A stretch of 32,000 bases of DNA, taken from the NCBI RefSeq assembly GCF_045862395.1, contig NZ_AP023087.1:196744-228743 (forward strand). The letters run 5' to 3'. The notes beneath the pieces were generated by a model that made no database searches, was not told the DNA's origin, and saw only the letters and a program-made list of their open reading frames with translations. This document shows positions 10,042 to 18,599 of this stretch, one piece after another. Source of the stretch: Marinicellulosiphila megalodicopiae (GTDB lineage: Bacteria > Pseudomonadota > Gammaproteobacteria > Pseudomonadales > Natronospirillaceae). Every line of letters starts with the position of its first letter. Position 1 is the stretch's first letter. Position numbers and translations under genes: made by a program.

Positions 10042-10983
10042 TTATTTGATAGGGAAACAAATATTAGTCATTAAATCTTTCGCTTCGGTATCTTTTGGGC
10101 TATTAACATAAACTTCATAAGGGTGTATTTTTTTAAATTGTTTAATTTTTTTATAGCGTAACATTCCCATTGCTGTGGCCCATGCATTACCAACAAATTT
10201 GTAATCCCCAGTGTGTTTAATAGCAAATGCTTGATGAGTAGCAATGGTGCCTTGCGTAAATTTTGGGTCACTAAATGCTATATATTCGTCAAAAGCTAAA
10301 GCACTTATAAAATGACAACGCCCTTTGGCTAAGTCGAATTTTTTATAAATAGCAATGACTTTGGAAGGCTGGGGAATGGATTTAGACTCGATCATTCCGT
10401 GCAATGTATCAAAATCTTCTGACATCACTTGGCCGATATCTTTCACATCACATTGTTTTTCAATACCAATATAATACATAGCGGGTACTTTGATATTTTC
10501 TTGTATCTCAATAGATGAATGCACTGTTTTGTTTTCAGCTAATTCTTTAAGCATAGTCAACCCACGAATATAATCGTTGCCGATCAGTGCGATCATCATG
10601 TTTTTCATCCAAAACATAAAAAATGGTAATGAGCTGTCCATTGCCCAAGTAATATGACACTGACCTTCTATTTGTTTGAAATCAAAGCTTGTTTTACTGC
10701 TGCTTTTCCAGGGTTTTAAGAATTCCAAATCATAATCTATGCGTTTATTTTCAACAATATTGGTGATGTGCATATTGCCAGATCCTATATGTGTGCCGGT
10801 CCAATGTTGAGCGTGCCCTACTTCATACGGAGGCAATTGCACAACAACAGGACAGGTAGGTTCTTGGCACAACCAAGGAGACCAAGTGCGCCAAGTATTA
10901 AAGTCGGACACAATTTTAAACACTTCGCTTACGGGTGCATCAATGACCATGGTGCGTTCTAGGGTTAACTTTACGTCAAACAT
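10042..10983 (-). CDS. SRPBCC-domain protein with C-terminal GyrI/AraC-effector-like domain
   Basis: N-term VKLTLERTMVIDAPVSEVFKIVSDFNTWRTWSPW is SRPBCC-like; C-term contains the GyrI-like AFAIKHTGDYKFVGNAWATAMGML. Confidence 0.75.
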   Translation of the reverse strand: MFDVKLTLERTMVIDAPVSEVFKIVSDFNTWRTWSPWLCQEPTCPVVVQLPPYEVGHAQHWTGTHIGSGNMHITNIVENKRIDYDLEFLKPWKSSSKTSFDFKQIEGQCHITWAMDSSLPFFMFWMKNMMIALIGNDYIRGLTMLKELAENKTVHSSIEIQENIKVPAMYYIGIEKQCDVKDIGQVMSEDFDTLHGMIESKSIPQPSKVIAIYKKFDLAKGRCHFISALAFDEYIAFSDPKFTQGTIATHQAFAIKHTGDYKFVGNAWATAMGMLRYKKIKQFKKIHPYEVYVNSPKDTEAKDLMTNICFPIK

Positions 10984-11192
10984 ATTGGTTCCTGTCGTTT
11001 AATTATTGATCAAATTGAACTTGATTGTAGGAGAGTTCACCTAAAAATCCAATGGTTATTTTAAAAAAATAATCATAGAAAATAATAAAAATAAACCCAG
11101 TAAATCCTTATAAATTGACATTAACAAAACATCAATATTTTTAAGAGTTAAAATTAAGGTAAAATACTTGTCGATAAATCAAAATTATTCTT

Positions 11193-11228
11193 CCAAGGCT
11201 AAACCCAAGGCTAAACCCAAGGCTAAAC
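11193..11228 (+). repeat. three tandem copies of a 12-bp unit (CCAAGGCTAAAC)
   Basis: ccaaggctaaac x3 read directly, ending immediately before the ATG at 11230. Confidence 0.95.
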
Positions 11229-11229
11229 A

Positions 11230-11583
11230 ATGAGAGACAATTCACAAATTATTGCACGATTACGAGAACGCATCCCTAAATTTGAATGCGTTAAAGGGTG
11301 TCATGATTGTTGTGGTCCTGTTACTACGTCCTCTGAAGAAATGGCACGTTTGCCAGTAAAAACTGAGGCAGAGCACACAGCCGCTCTTAATGAATATAAC
11401 TGCGTACATCTTGGGCCAAATGGCTGCACAGTTTATGGTGAGCGTCCTTTAATTTGTCGATTGTTTGGAACCACAGAAAAAATGCCCTGCCCAAATGATC
11501 GTCGCCCAGAGGAAATGATTGATGAACAAACCGAAAAACAAATTCATCATTATATTGCAACTACACGACAGGTATTGGTTTGA
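11230..11583 (+). CDS. YkgJ-family Cys-cluster protein
   Basis: FECVKGCHDCCGP...CVHLGPNGCTVYGERPLICRLFG: typical CxxCC...C...C arrangement of the zinc/iron-chelating YkgJ family. Confidence 0.85.
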   Translation: MRDNSQIIARLRERIPKFECVKGCHDCCGPVTTSSEEMARLPVKTEAEHTAALNEYNCVHLGPNGCTVYGERPLICRLFGTTEKMPCPNDRRPEEMIDEQTEKQIHHYIATTRQVLV

Positions 11584-11775
11584 GGTATTGGTTTGAGGTC
11601 TTGGTTTTAGATTTTGGTTTGAAATCAATTTAACACCCAATTAAGCATACAAATAATTACTTAATGTTTTATGATGATTCGCGATAACATACTAACTGTT
11701 TCTGATACTAATTGTTTCTGATAATAATTGTTCAGGAAATAATTGTTCAACCTACTTTAATTATTAAGGAATTGC

Positions 11776-13041
11776 ATGAAATCAATGTACTTTACTTTAT
11801 TTACTATTATTAACCTGTTTGCATCAAGCTGTTCTGATGATGCTAAGCATTCTCCCCCTGCAACCCCCACTACTACGTTAAGTGTCGGGGGGTTCAATAA
11901 CGCTCCAAATTATATAATGGACAACCAAGCGCGTATTGAAAATAGGCTCAACCTCAAACTAAATATTACTGATAATAATTGGAGTGTTCATCACACTGCG
12001 TTAAGTGCTAATTTATACGAGTCGCCTCAATTTCTGAATGACATTGAATTTATAGACGCAGGCATGCTGGCAGGCTATTTACATAATGAAAACTTAATGG
12101 ATTTAACCGATAAATTTGAGCCAATAAAAAATAACTTCCCGGATTTTTCTGTCGCTCATGGAATAAATGATGAATCAAAACAAATCGCTGTTCCATTTGA
12201 ATTAGGCCCTGGTGTTGCAATATATCGAAGAGCGTATATGGAAGACATCAATCAAAATTTAGCCGATGTCATGGCCACTTGGGAAAGTTGGTTAGAATAC
12301 GGAAGAATGTTAAAACAAGATCATAATGTCTATTTAATTGCAAATTCTGCTGGAGTTGCTCGTGCAATTATTTATTCAGATATCAAAGAAAATACAGGTG
12401 TATATTTTGGTGAGAATAATGAAATTTTAGTTGAAACCGATCGATTTAAAACGGCATTTCAAATTGCCAAAATCTTAACTGAAGAAGAGCTAGCAGAAAA
12501 TTTAGGTATGTGGAATTCAAATTGGTATGAAGGGTTTAATAATGCAAGCTTCGCAATGGAGTTTCAAGGAGCATGGTTGTTGCAAAGCTTGGCAGATTGG
12601 ATTGCCGAAGACACTGCTGGACAATGGGGTGTGAGTCATTTACCCAATGGAATTCATATGGCATGGGGCGGTACCTATTTAGCAATTTCAAATAACAGTA
12701 AAGAAAAAGACGCCGCATGGGAATTAGTGAACTACTTAATTGAATCTCAAAATCAACTGGATATTTATCAACAAATATTTACTTTTCCAGCAAACTTGCT
12801 TACTTATAGTGATGCGTATTTTGATCAAAGCAATCCATTTTTAAATCATCAAAAAGACAGAAAAATTTATGCTGAAGTAGCATTGAATATTAAACCTGCA
12901 AAATATCATAGATTAAATAATGTAGCCGAGACACAGGTAATGAATTATGCGCTCACTTCAGTATTAAATGGTAGCGCGACCATTGATGAAGCACTTGCTA
13001 CTGCTGCAAAAAATATTCAACTGAGACTTGATGAAAAGTAA
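11776..13041 (+). CDS. extracellular solute-binding lipoprotein (family 1 SBP-like), orphan
   Basis: N-term FASSC lipobox-like; C-terminal MAWGGTYLAISNNSKEKDAAWELVNYLIESQNQLDIYQQ resembles sugar SBPs. No permease or ATPase adjacent. Confidence 0.65.
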   Translation: MKSMYFTLFTIINLFASSCSDDAKHSPPATPTTTLSVGGFNNAPNYIMDNQARIENRLNLKLNITDNNWSVHHTALSANLYESPQFLNDIEFIDAGMLAGYLHNENLMDLTDKFEPIKNNFPDFSVAHGINDESKQIAVPFELGPGVAIYRRAYMEDINQNLADVMATWESWLEYGRMLKQDHNVYLIANSAGVARAIIYSDIKENTGVYFGENNEILVETDRFKTAFQIAKILTEEELAENLGMWNSNWYEGFNNASFAMEFQGAWLLQSLADWIAEDTAGQWGVSHLPNGIHMAWGGTYLAISNNSKEKDAAWELVNYLIESQNQLDIYQQIFTFPANLLTYSDAYFDQSNPFLNHQKDRKIYAEVALNIKPAKYHRLNNVAETQVMNYALTSVLNGSATIDEALATAAKNIQLRLDEK

Positions 13042-13043
13042 AA

Positions 13044-13082
13044 AAAGATTGAGATGCTAATTTACTTAGCATCTCAATCTTT
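13044..13082. terminator. bidirectional terminator-like hairpin
   Basis: Perfect 17-bp stem AAAGATTGAGATGCTAA-TTTAC-TTAGCATCTCAATCTTT right after the SBP stop codon. Confidence 0.85.
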
Positions 13083-13254
13083 TCTATATTCTAAATCTAT
13101 TTAGTCAATATCATATCAAATCCTCTCAAATTGTAATCAAAAGCGATAAGCAACAACTTTTATTATTTCTAATCTGAGTTTAATTCAATGAATCACTTCG
13201 CCTAATTCAGCAAATCGGTTAAAATCTTAAAATTATTCAATAGAGAAGTAGATT

Positions 13255-13578
13255 ATGGGTTTTATTAAATTTTTCATCATTCTGTTATTTATCGCATTTG
13301 GGATTGGCGTACTGTCTAAACCTGATGAGCAATCTTTAAAAGATATGTATTATCAGAAAATCTTAAATGACGTGCAGCAAATTAACGAAGACGATAACCT
13401 GTTAAGTGGCGCATTAAAAGTTGCTTGTATTTTAACCAAAGATGATTGTGCACAAAGTATTGTGGATAATTTAAACATTCAAAGTACCGATTATTTCGCA
13501 ATGAAACTTGCTAAAGTTCAGATTCAAAGTAATGAAAATATTTGTTTAGGTGTGTTTAATACTTGGAAATGTTTTTAA
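13255..13578 (+). CDS. small hypothetical protein with N-terminal TM or signal segment
   Basis: 107 aa, MGFIKFFIILLFIAFGIGVLSKP..., two-Cys motifs (ACILTKDDCAQ). Family not recognised. Confidence 0.45.
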   Translation: MGFIKFFIILLFIAFGIGVLSKPDEQSLKDMYYQKILNDVQQINEDDNLLSGALKVACILTKDDCAQSIVDNLNIQSTDYFAMKLAKVQIQSNENICLGVFNTWKCF

Positions 13579-13745
13579 GTAATTAATATCATTGAGGCAG
13601 GCTCAATTTATAAAAATCTAAAATGTATATTTTAAAATCAGATTGAAAATTGTATGCTAAGTTTTTAGAATGCTTAGGGTTTTGACTTTGATACTTAATT
13701 TTTTATTTGCTTTATTTAAAATATTATATCTGTAACTGTAAAAAA

Positions 13746-13772
13746 TCCTCGATTTTGGTCGAGGACTTTTTT
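13746..13772 (+). terminator. intrinsic terminator
   Basis: TCCTCGA-TTTTGG-TCGAGGA followed by CTTTTTT. Confidence 0.85.
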
Positions 13773-13834
13773 AGTTTTTTGAATTGGGTTGGTTTAAATT
13801 GTTGACAGCCATAAATAATATAGGCTTTACCTGC

Positions 13835-14400
13835 TTAAAATTTATCATTAGTGTCATGTTTGTAAGTATCGGTTATAAAGTCAGGAATCCCATCATCTTT
13901 GATGCCATTCAAGCCAGAAATACTTTTCGAGAATTGGTCATTTTTTAATTTTCAATTAATGATAACGTTTTGCTCTGCAGTCATATCAAATATATCTAAC
14001 GAGCTATACCAACCGCTGGCTGAGCCAAAAGTAAAAAATACACGGCAAGCATTCTCAACTTTATCTATTTCAGATTCAGTTAAATCATCAATGCCATCCT
14101 CGTTAAACTCTTTAATTGCACTTAACTCAAAAACAGTGACATCTAACATTGTTTCACCGTTTAATATAAGTCCATTACTGCCTTCTAATAATTCGACATC
14201 AATTTTTTCTAAATCTTCTAGTCCAAATACAATATAAGCAGTACATGAGGTTAAATGACTTTCATTACCAAAACTGCATCATCTATTTCATTTACCCAGC
14301 CAGTATTCTTCCCATAAAAAATATCATTTAAAGAGCTACTTCGAAATGCAAAACCCTCATTTTCATCATGATGTCTTAACCTCTGCAAAGTAAGCAATTA
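13835..14400 (-). pseudogene. decayed FG-GAP (integrin-alpha-like) repeat protein fragment
   Basis: Three - strand frames together read ...GWVNEIDDAV | GNESHLTSCTAYIVFGLEDLEKIDVELLEGSNGLILNGETMLDVTVFELSAIKEFNEDGIDDL... | FSKSISGLNGIKDDGIPDFITDTY, i.e. FG-GAP style DxNxDGIDD and YVVFG motifs broken by frameshifts/stops. Confidence 0.6.
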
Positions 14401-14439
14401 ATAAACCCATTAATGTGCTAACCAGCGACTTTTCAATCA

Positions 14440-14700
14440 AAGGTGGGAAGTTTTGACTTAAATGTTACGCCAGTAGGCGAAAACACATAAGGTGCCATTT
14501 AAGAATTAAATTCCGAATTTTTACCAAATGGTTGGTTTGTTACTAGGGCATTTGAACGTTGTATAACCTTAAAATCAGAAGGGTTTGAAGGCATTGGAAT
14601 GCCGAGGGATATTTATAGTGAAAATTTTAGCAAAGAGCAATCTTTTGAAATATTACCCAACGCAATGAATTTCGCAATTGAAAACATCAATAAAAAATAG
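14440..14700 (+). pseudogene. C-terminal remnant of an S41 (C-terminal processing) peptidase-like gene
   Basis: In-frame reading DLNVTPVGENT*GAI*ELNSEFLPNGWFVTRAFERCITLKSEGFEGIGMPRDI* resembles the S41 tail VGExTxGA...LPNGW...(D)G..FEGxGIPPDI, with two internal stops and no start codon. Confidence 0.5.
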
Positions 14701-14784
14701 TTTATGGTTGAAATTTCATGCAATTTTACTTCTTTGTTCTATTCTGTAATTAACTGAAATTTTTATTAGTACTTTGGAAAAACT

Positions 14785-15843
14785 ATGTTGCAAGTTGTAA
14801 AGCAATTATCAAATTGGATTGGCGTAGCGCTTATAATGAGTGTTTGCTTACAAATTCATGCTCAAACGCCACCTGCGCCAGTGAACATGGTGATCCATTC
14901 AGGTTTTGTGAATCTGATGAGTGATCCAAAAGCGCTTGTATTTACTGATCTATATGAGGTGCCACCTAGTATCAAGCGTGTGGCTTTATATAACAGCAAC
15001 GATAAACTATCTAAGGAGATCAGTAAGCAGACTCGAACCATGATCGAAGGACAAATTTTATCAGAATTGTTAAATACAAAACGATTTGAAATTACAGCCT
15101 GTGTTGAATGCGATCAAATTAATGTCATATTAAATGAAGAGCAAGTCAAAATTGAAAAAGCCATTGAGAGCAATCAACAATTAAGGAAACTTGCAAAAAT
15201 CATTGCCGTAGATGCATTTTTTGTATGGAGTGCTCAAGTGGTAAACCAGCAATATCGAATCGATATGCGGTTGATTCGCGCCACAGACAATCAAGTATTA
15301 TGGACGCACCAGTATGCAAAAAAAACCACAGAAGAAGACGTGATAAAAGATTTTAAATCCACTCAATGGGAAATGTATTTAAGTAGCATTGGTTTTAAAA
15401 TGGAACGCACCTCCAGTACATTAAGTACTTTAAAATCTGGGCAGATTTCTGTGTTTGGGTTGCGTCGTCGTGAAGCGTCTACTTTTTATCCACATTTAAA
15501 TTATGGGTTAGGTATTGAGGTGTTTGGCAACATTACCAAGCGCGAATCCATGCCATTTTTTGGTGGGTCCATTAATGGCCGACTTAGTTTAGATTTTCCC
15601 GCATTACAAAAGTATATTCCTACCAGTACTTATATTGAAGTAGGGCAGAGTATATACAATCAAAGCCAAGCTTTAATTTTTAAATACGGACTTGAATTTC
15701 CGTTTGCTAAAAATGGAATCATTAATTTAGGTGTCTTATATTCTCCTGAAAATACAATCATTTGGGATGCGTTTGAAGACTATTCAACTGAAACCGTATT
15801 TGGTGGAGCAACTTATGAAATTATGCTGGGGTATCGACTTTGA
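14785..15843 (+). CDS. exported protein with CsgG/FlgO/TolB-N-like domain and putative outer-membrane C-terminal region; first gene of the motor-like operon
   Basis: Signal-like N-term ending IHAQ; LAKIIAVDAFFVWSAQVVNQQYRIDMRLIRATDNQVLWTHQY resembles CsgG/FlgO-type proteins. C-terminal alternating aromatic segments end in ...GGATYEIMLGYRL. Confidence 0.6.
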   Translation: MLQVVKQLSNWIGVALIMSVCLQIHAQTPPAPVNMVIHSGFVNLMSDPKALVFTDLYEVPPSIKRVALYNSNDKLSKEISKQTRTMIEGQILSELLNTKRFEITACVECDQINVILNEEQVKIEKAIESNQQLRKLAKIIAVDAFFVWSAQVVNQQYRIDMRLIRATDNQVLWTHQYAKKTTEEDVIKDFKSTQWEMYLSSIGFKMERTSSTLSTLKSGQISVFGLRRREASTFYPHLNYGLGIEVFGNITKRESMPFFGGSINGRLSLDFPALQKYIPTSTYIEVGQSIYNQSQALIFKYGLEFPFAKNGIINLGVLYSPENTIIWDAFEDYSTETVFGGATYEIMLGYRL

Positions 15844-16652
15844 ATATTCAATATAAAATTTTATCGTGCATTATTTTTCTATTATTTTCATTAACCGGCT
15901 GTACATCGATTAAGCAAAAAAAAGACATGAATGCACAATTAAATGATTTGCCGCAAAGCAGCGCATTACCTGCATTTGATATGCCTGCACCAGTTAAAAA
16001 AACAAAAGATGATTTTGGTGTGCTGGCCATTAAACAAGATGGTCCAGGTTATGAAATTAATTTAGCTCTAGATACAGGTGATGAAAATGTTAGTTTTCAA
16101 ATGGATTTACCGGAGCAATCCTCTGCAAGCAAAAAACTTGCGCAACAGGATAATTCACAGTTACCTAAAACCGCAATAACAAAAATAAAAAATGACGAAC
16201 TTGATGGTTTTATCGATCCGATGACTTCAACTGATTCTGTTGAAAAAACAAAAGTGATGCCTAACAATATTACCTCAACACAGCAAGCAAAAATAGACAG
16301 TGCTTTTACTGGAAACACACCTGAAAACAATGTCAGTAATCCAAACAACAGTAACCTAAACAACAGTAGCCAAAACAATAGTAACCCAAAAAACAATGGG
16401 CCAAGTGCCAATGATTATTTAGTGTCTGCACAAACGCAATTTTATGAAGACAATTATATGGGCGCGTTAACGGATATTGAACAGGCTATTTTACAAGACG
16501 ATACTCAAGCATTGTCCTATGCAATTAAGGGTTCTATTTTATACAAGCTTGGCAACAAAAACGCAGCAAAAATCGCATGGCAAAAAGCGTTAAAGTTGAA
16601 TCCAAAATTATCATCAGTTGAATTAAGTCTGCAATATTTAGTAGGGCAATAA
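15840..16652 (+). CDS. TPR-containing lipoprotein with Asn-rich linker
   Basis: Lipobox FSLTGC; linker NTPENNVSNPNNSNLNNSSQNNSNPKNNG; C-terminal NYMGALTDIEQAILQDDTQALSYAIKGSILYKLGNKNAAKIAWQKALKLNP is TPR. Overlaps the previous gene by 4 nt. Confidence 0.8.
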   Translation: MNIQYKILSCIIFLLFSLTGCTSIKQKKDMNAQLNDLPQSSALPAFDMPAPVKKTKDDFGVLAIKQDGPGYEINLALDTGDENVSFQMDLPEQSSASKKLAQQDNSQLPKTAITKIKNDELDGFIDPMTSTDSVEKTKVMPNNITSTQQAKIDSAFTGNTPENNVSNPNNSNLNNSSQNNSNPKNNGPSANDYLVSAQTQFYEDNYMGALTDIEQAILQDDTQALSYAIKGSILYKLGNKNAAKIAWQKALKLNPKLSSVELSLQYLVGQ

Positions 16653-16653
16653 G

Positions 16654-18585
16654 ATGAAACGGATACCGTTATTAGTAATTGGCGCACTGGGTTTATTTTG
16701 TGTAAACCTCAAAGCAAATGAAATACAGCAATTAGATATTGTTGATCAACTTGAGCACCGTGTTGCAAGAGATGTGGCTGCCTATTTAGGGCACAATCGT
16801 TTTATCGTAAATATTGATGTCGCATTGTCAGCGATTACCTTGCAAAACAATCAAGTAAATTCTTCTCAAAATAATCAAGCAGAAATGGATGCCTATGAAA
16901 ACTTCAGTGAAACCATTTCATCACTTGAAGAAGTTATTCGTGTTTTGGAAAGTCAACAGCCTAAAATCAGTGAAATATCATTACCGGGATTACCCTTTGC
17001 TGCCCCAGAAAAAATTGACATTCCGGAATCGGAAGCACTGACCCTTTTAAATAAAACTATAACGGATTATCAAAACAAAAAACCCATAGCAACCTCAACA
17101 CCCAATAATGTTGCACCCACACTTACAGTATCAGAACAAACAAAAATTGATAATATTTTAGTAACCCTAGTAATTGATGAAACCATCGATGCAGAGCAAT
17201 TAAATTTTGTTAAATTTTTGATTGAAGACAAGTTAAATATCAATCCATTTCGTGGTGATAAAATCAGTGTCTTTCCAACTAAATTTAATTTAGAAACTTT
17301 TGAGCCAACGTTAAATTTAGATGAGCCCCTTGATTTAGACTCACCGATTAATTCTCAATTGAACGAAGATAAAAATACAGCAATGGAGCAGCCAGCATTA
17401 TTTGCATGGAATCAACCATTAACTTGGATATTGCTTGTACTTGTGGTTATGTTTTTAATGATGTTACTACTTTTAATTAGACGCAACCAAGGTGCTACTA
17501 ATTTGCAGTCAAATGCTCAGGCAGACACTGGATCAGTGACAGCATATAGCGACACCCATAAAAAACCTGACAATGTTTATGCTTATTCAGAAAAAATTAA
17601 AAACCTGAAGCAAGATATTATTAGCTCGGGATTGAGTCATCCTGAGCGTACAAGTTTAAGAGTGGATGAATTATTGTTTGAGCCTAATAATCAAGCCATG
17701 CTTGCCTGTGCGTATTTTGTGTTAGGTGGATCATTATTCAGAGGGTTATTTCCAAGCGTATCTCAAGCACAGCTTGTGACAATTTCACAATATCTAGACG
17801 AACAACAATTAGAGGATGAATCCATCGTACAAGAATTAAGTGCGCTGCATTTAATTTTATCTAAGCACAATGACACTAAAAGCACGACTACCACATTAGC
17901 GCCATTTCAATTTTTAAAACGCCTAAATAACAATCAAATTATTTATTTATTGCAAGAAGAAGAGCCAAGAATTAAAGCATTAGTACTTAGTCAGTTACCC
18001 GCGAATCGCGCCGCTGACATCATTCATAAACTCACCCCAGACCAGCAGGGGCAAGTTGCCTTTGAAATAGGTCAGTTTAGTGAATTTCCTATTTCTACCT
18101 TTAAAGATATTGCCCAACGTTTAGCCAAAAAATCATTAAATGTCCCAAGTTTTGAAAATCTCAATACCGATGGAACAAGTTTGATGATTGATTTATTAGA
18201 CAACATGAAAAATGAAAATGAACATCAATTTTTACAACAACTTAAAAATCAATCGCCTGAAATGTATTATCGTATTCGACAAATTTATTTTACTTTTGAA
18301 GACATTAAACGCACGCCTACTACTACATTAAAAGATGCTTTTGTAGATTTAGATCGCAAACAATTAGCGTTTGCATTAATGGGTGTGGATGAAACGTTAC
18401 TGCAACATTGTTTAGATTCCATGCCAAACAAATTAAAACAAGCCGTTAAAGATGAAATTGAATTCAGTGATGTAAAACCAAGTACCGATATGATTGAATC
18501 TGCTCGCAAACATATTGTTAAACATATTCGTGCATTAATTGAACTTGGTAAAATCAATATGCAAGACTTAGCCACGCTAGAATAA
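16654..18585 (+). CDS. natural fusion of a reduced FliF (RBM3-like + C-terminal TM) and FliG (middle + C-terminal torque domain)
   Basis: aa 32-58 QLEHRVARDVAAYLGHNRFIVNIDVAL ~ FliF YEQRIE..L.PIVG..NV.A.V...LDF; aa 163-211 KIDNILVTLVIDETIDAEQLNFVKFLIEDKLNINPFRGDKISVFPTKF ~ FliF RBM3 end; TM at aa ~253-275; aa ~437-495 and 505-643 match FliG middle and C domains (LDRKQLAFALMGVDETLLQHCLDSMPNKLKQAVKDEIEF). Confidence 0.85.
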   Translation: MKRIPLLVIGALGLFCVNLKANEIQQLDIVDQLEHRVARDVAAYLGHNRFIVNIDVALSAITLQNNQVNSSQNNQAEMDAYENFSETISSLEEVIRVLESQQPKISEISLPGLPFAAPEKIDIPESEALTLLNKTITDYQNKKPIATSTPNNVAPTLTVSEQTKIDNILVTLVIDETIDAEQLNFVKFLIEDKLNINPFRGDKISVFPTKFNLETFEPTLNLDEPLDLDSPINSQLNEDKNTAMEQPALFAWNQPLTWILLVLVVMFLMMLLLLIRRNQGATNLQSNAQADTGSVTAYSDTHKKPDNVYAYSEKIKNLKQDIISSGLSHPERTSLRVDELLFEPNNQAMLACAYFVLGGSLFRGLFPSVSQAQLVTISQYLDEQQLEDESIVQELSALHLILSKHNDTKSTTTTLAPFQFLKRLNNNQIIYLLQEEEPRIKALVLSQLPANRAADIIHKLTPDQQGQVAFEIGQFSEFPISTFKDIAQRLAKKSLNVPSFENLNTDGTSLMIDLLDNMKNENEHQFLQQLKNQSPEMYYRIRQIYFTFEDIKRTPTTTLKDAFVDLDRKQLAFALMGVDETLLQHCLDSMPNKLKQAVKDEIEFSDVKPSTDMIESARKHIVKHIRALIELGKINMQDLATLE

Positions 18586-18599
18586 TAAAGAGAAAAAAC

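Noticed and set aside
13899-14237. 112-aa + strand ORF
   Set aside because: Runs antisense to the FG-GAP relic, whose - strand motifs are recognisable; the + strand peptide has no domain-like features.
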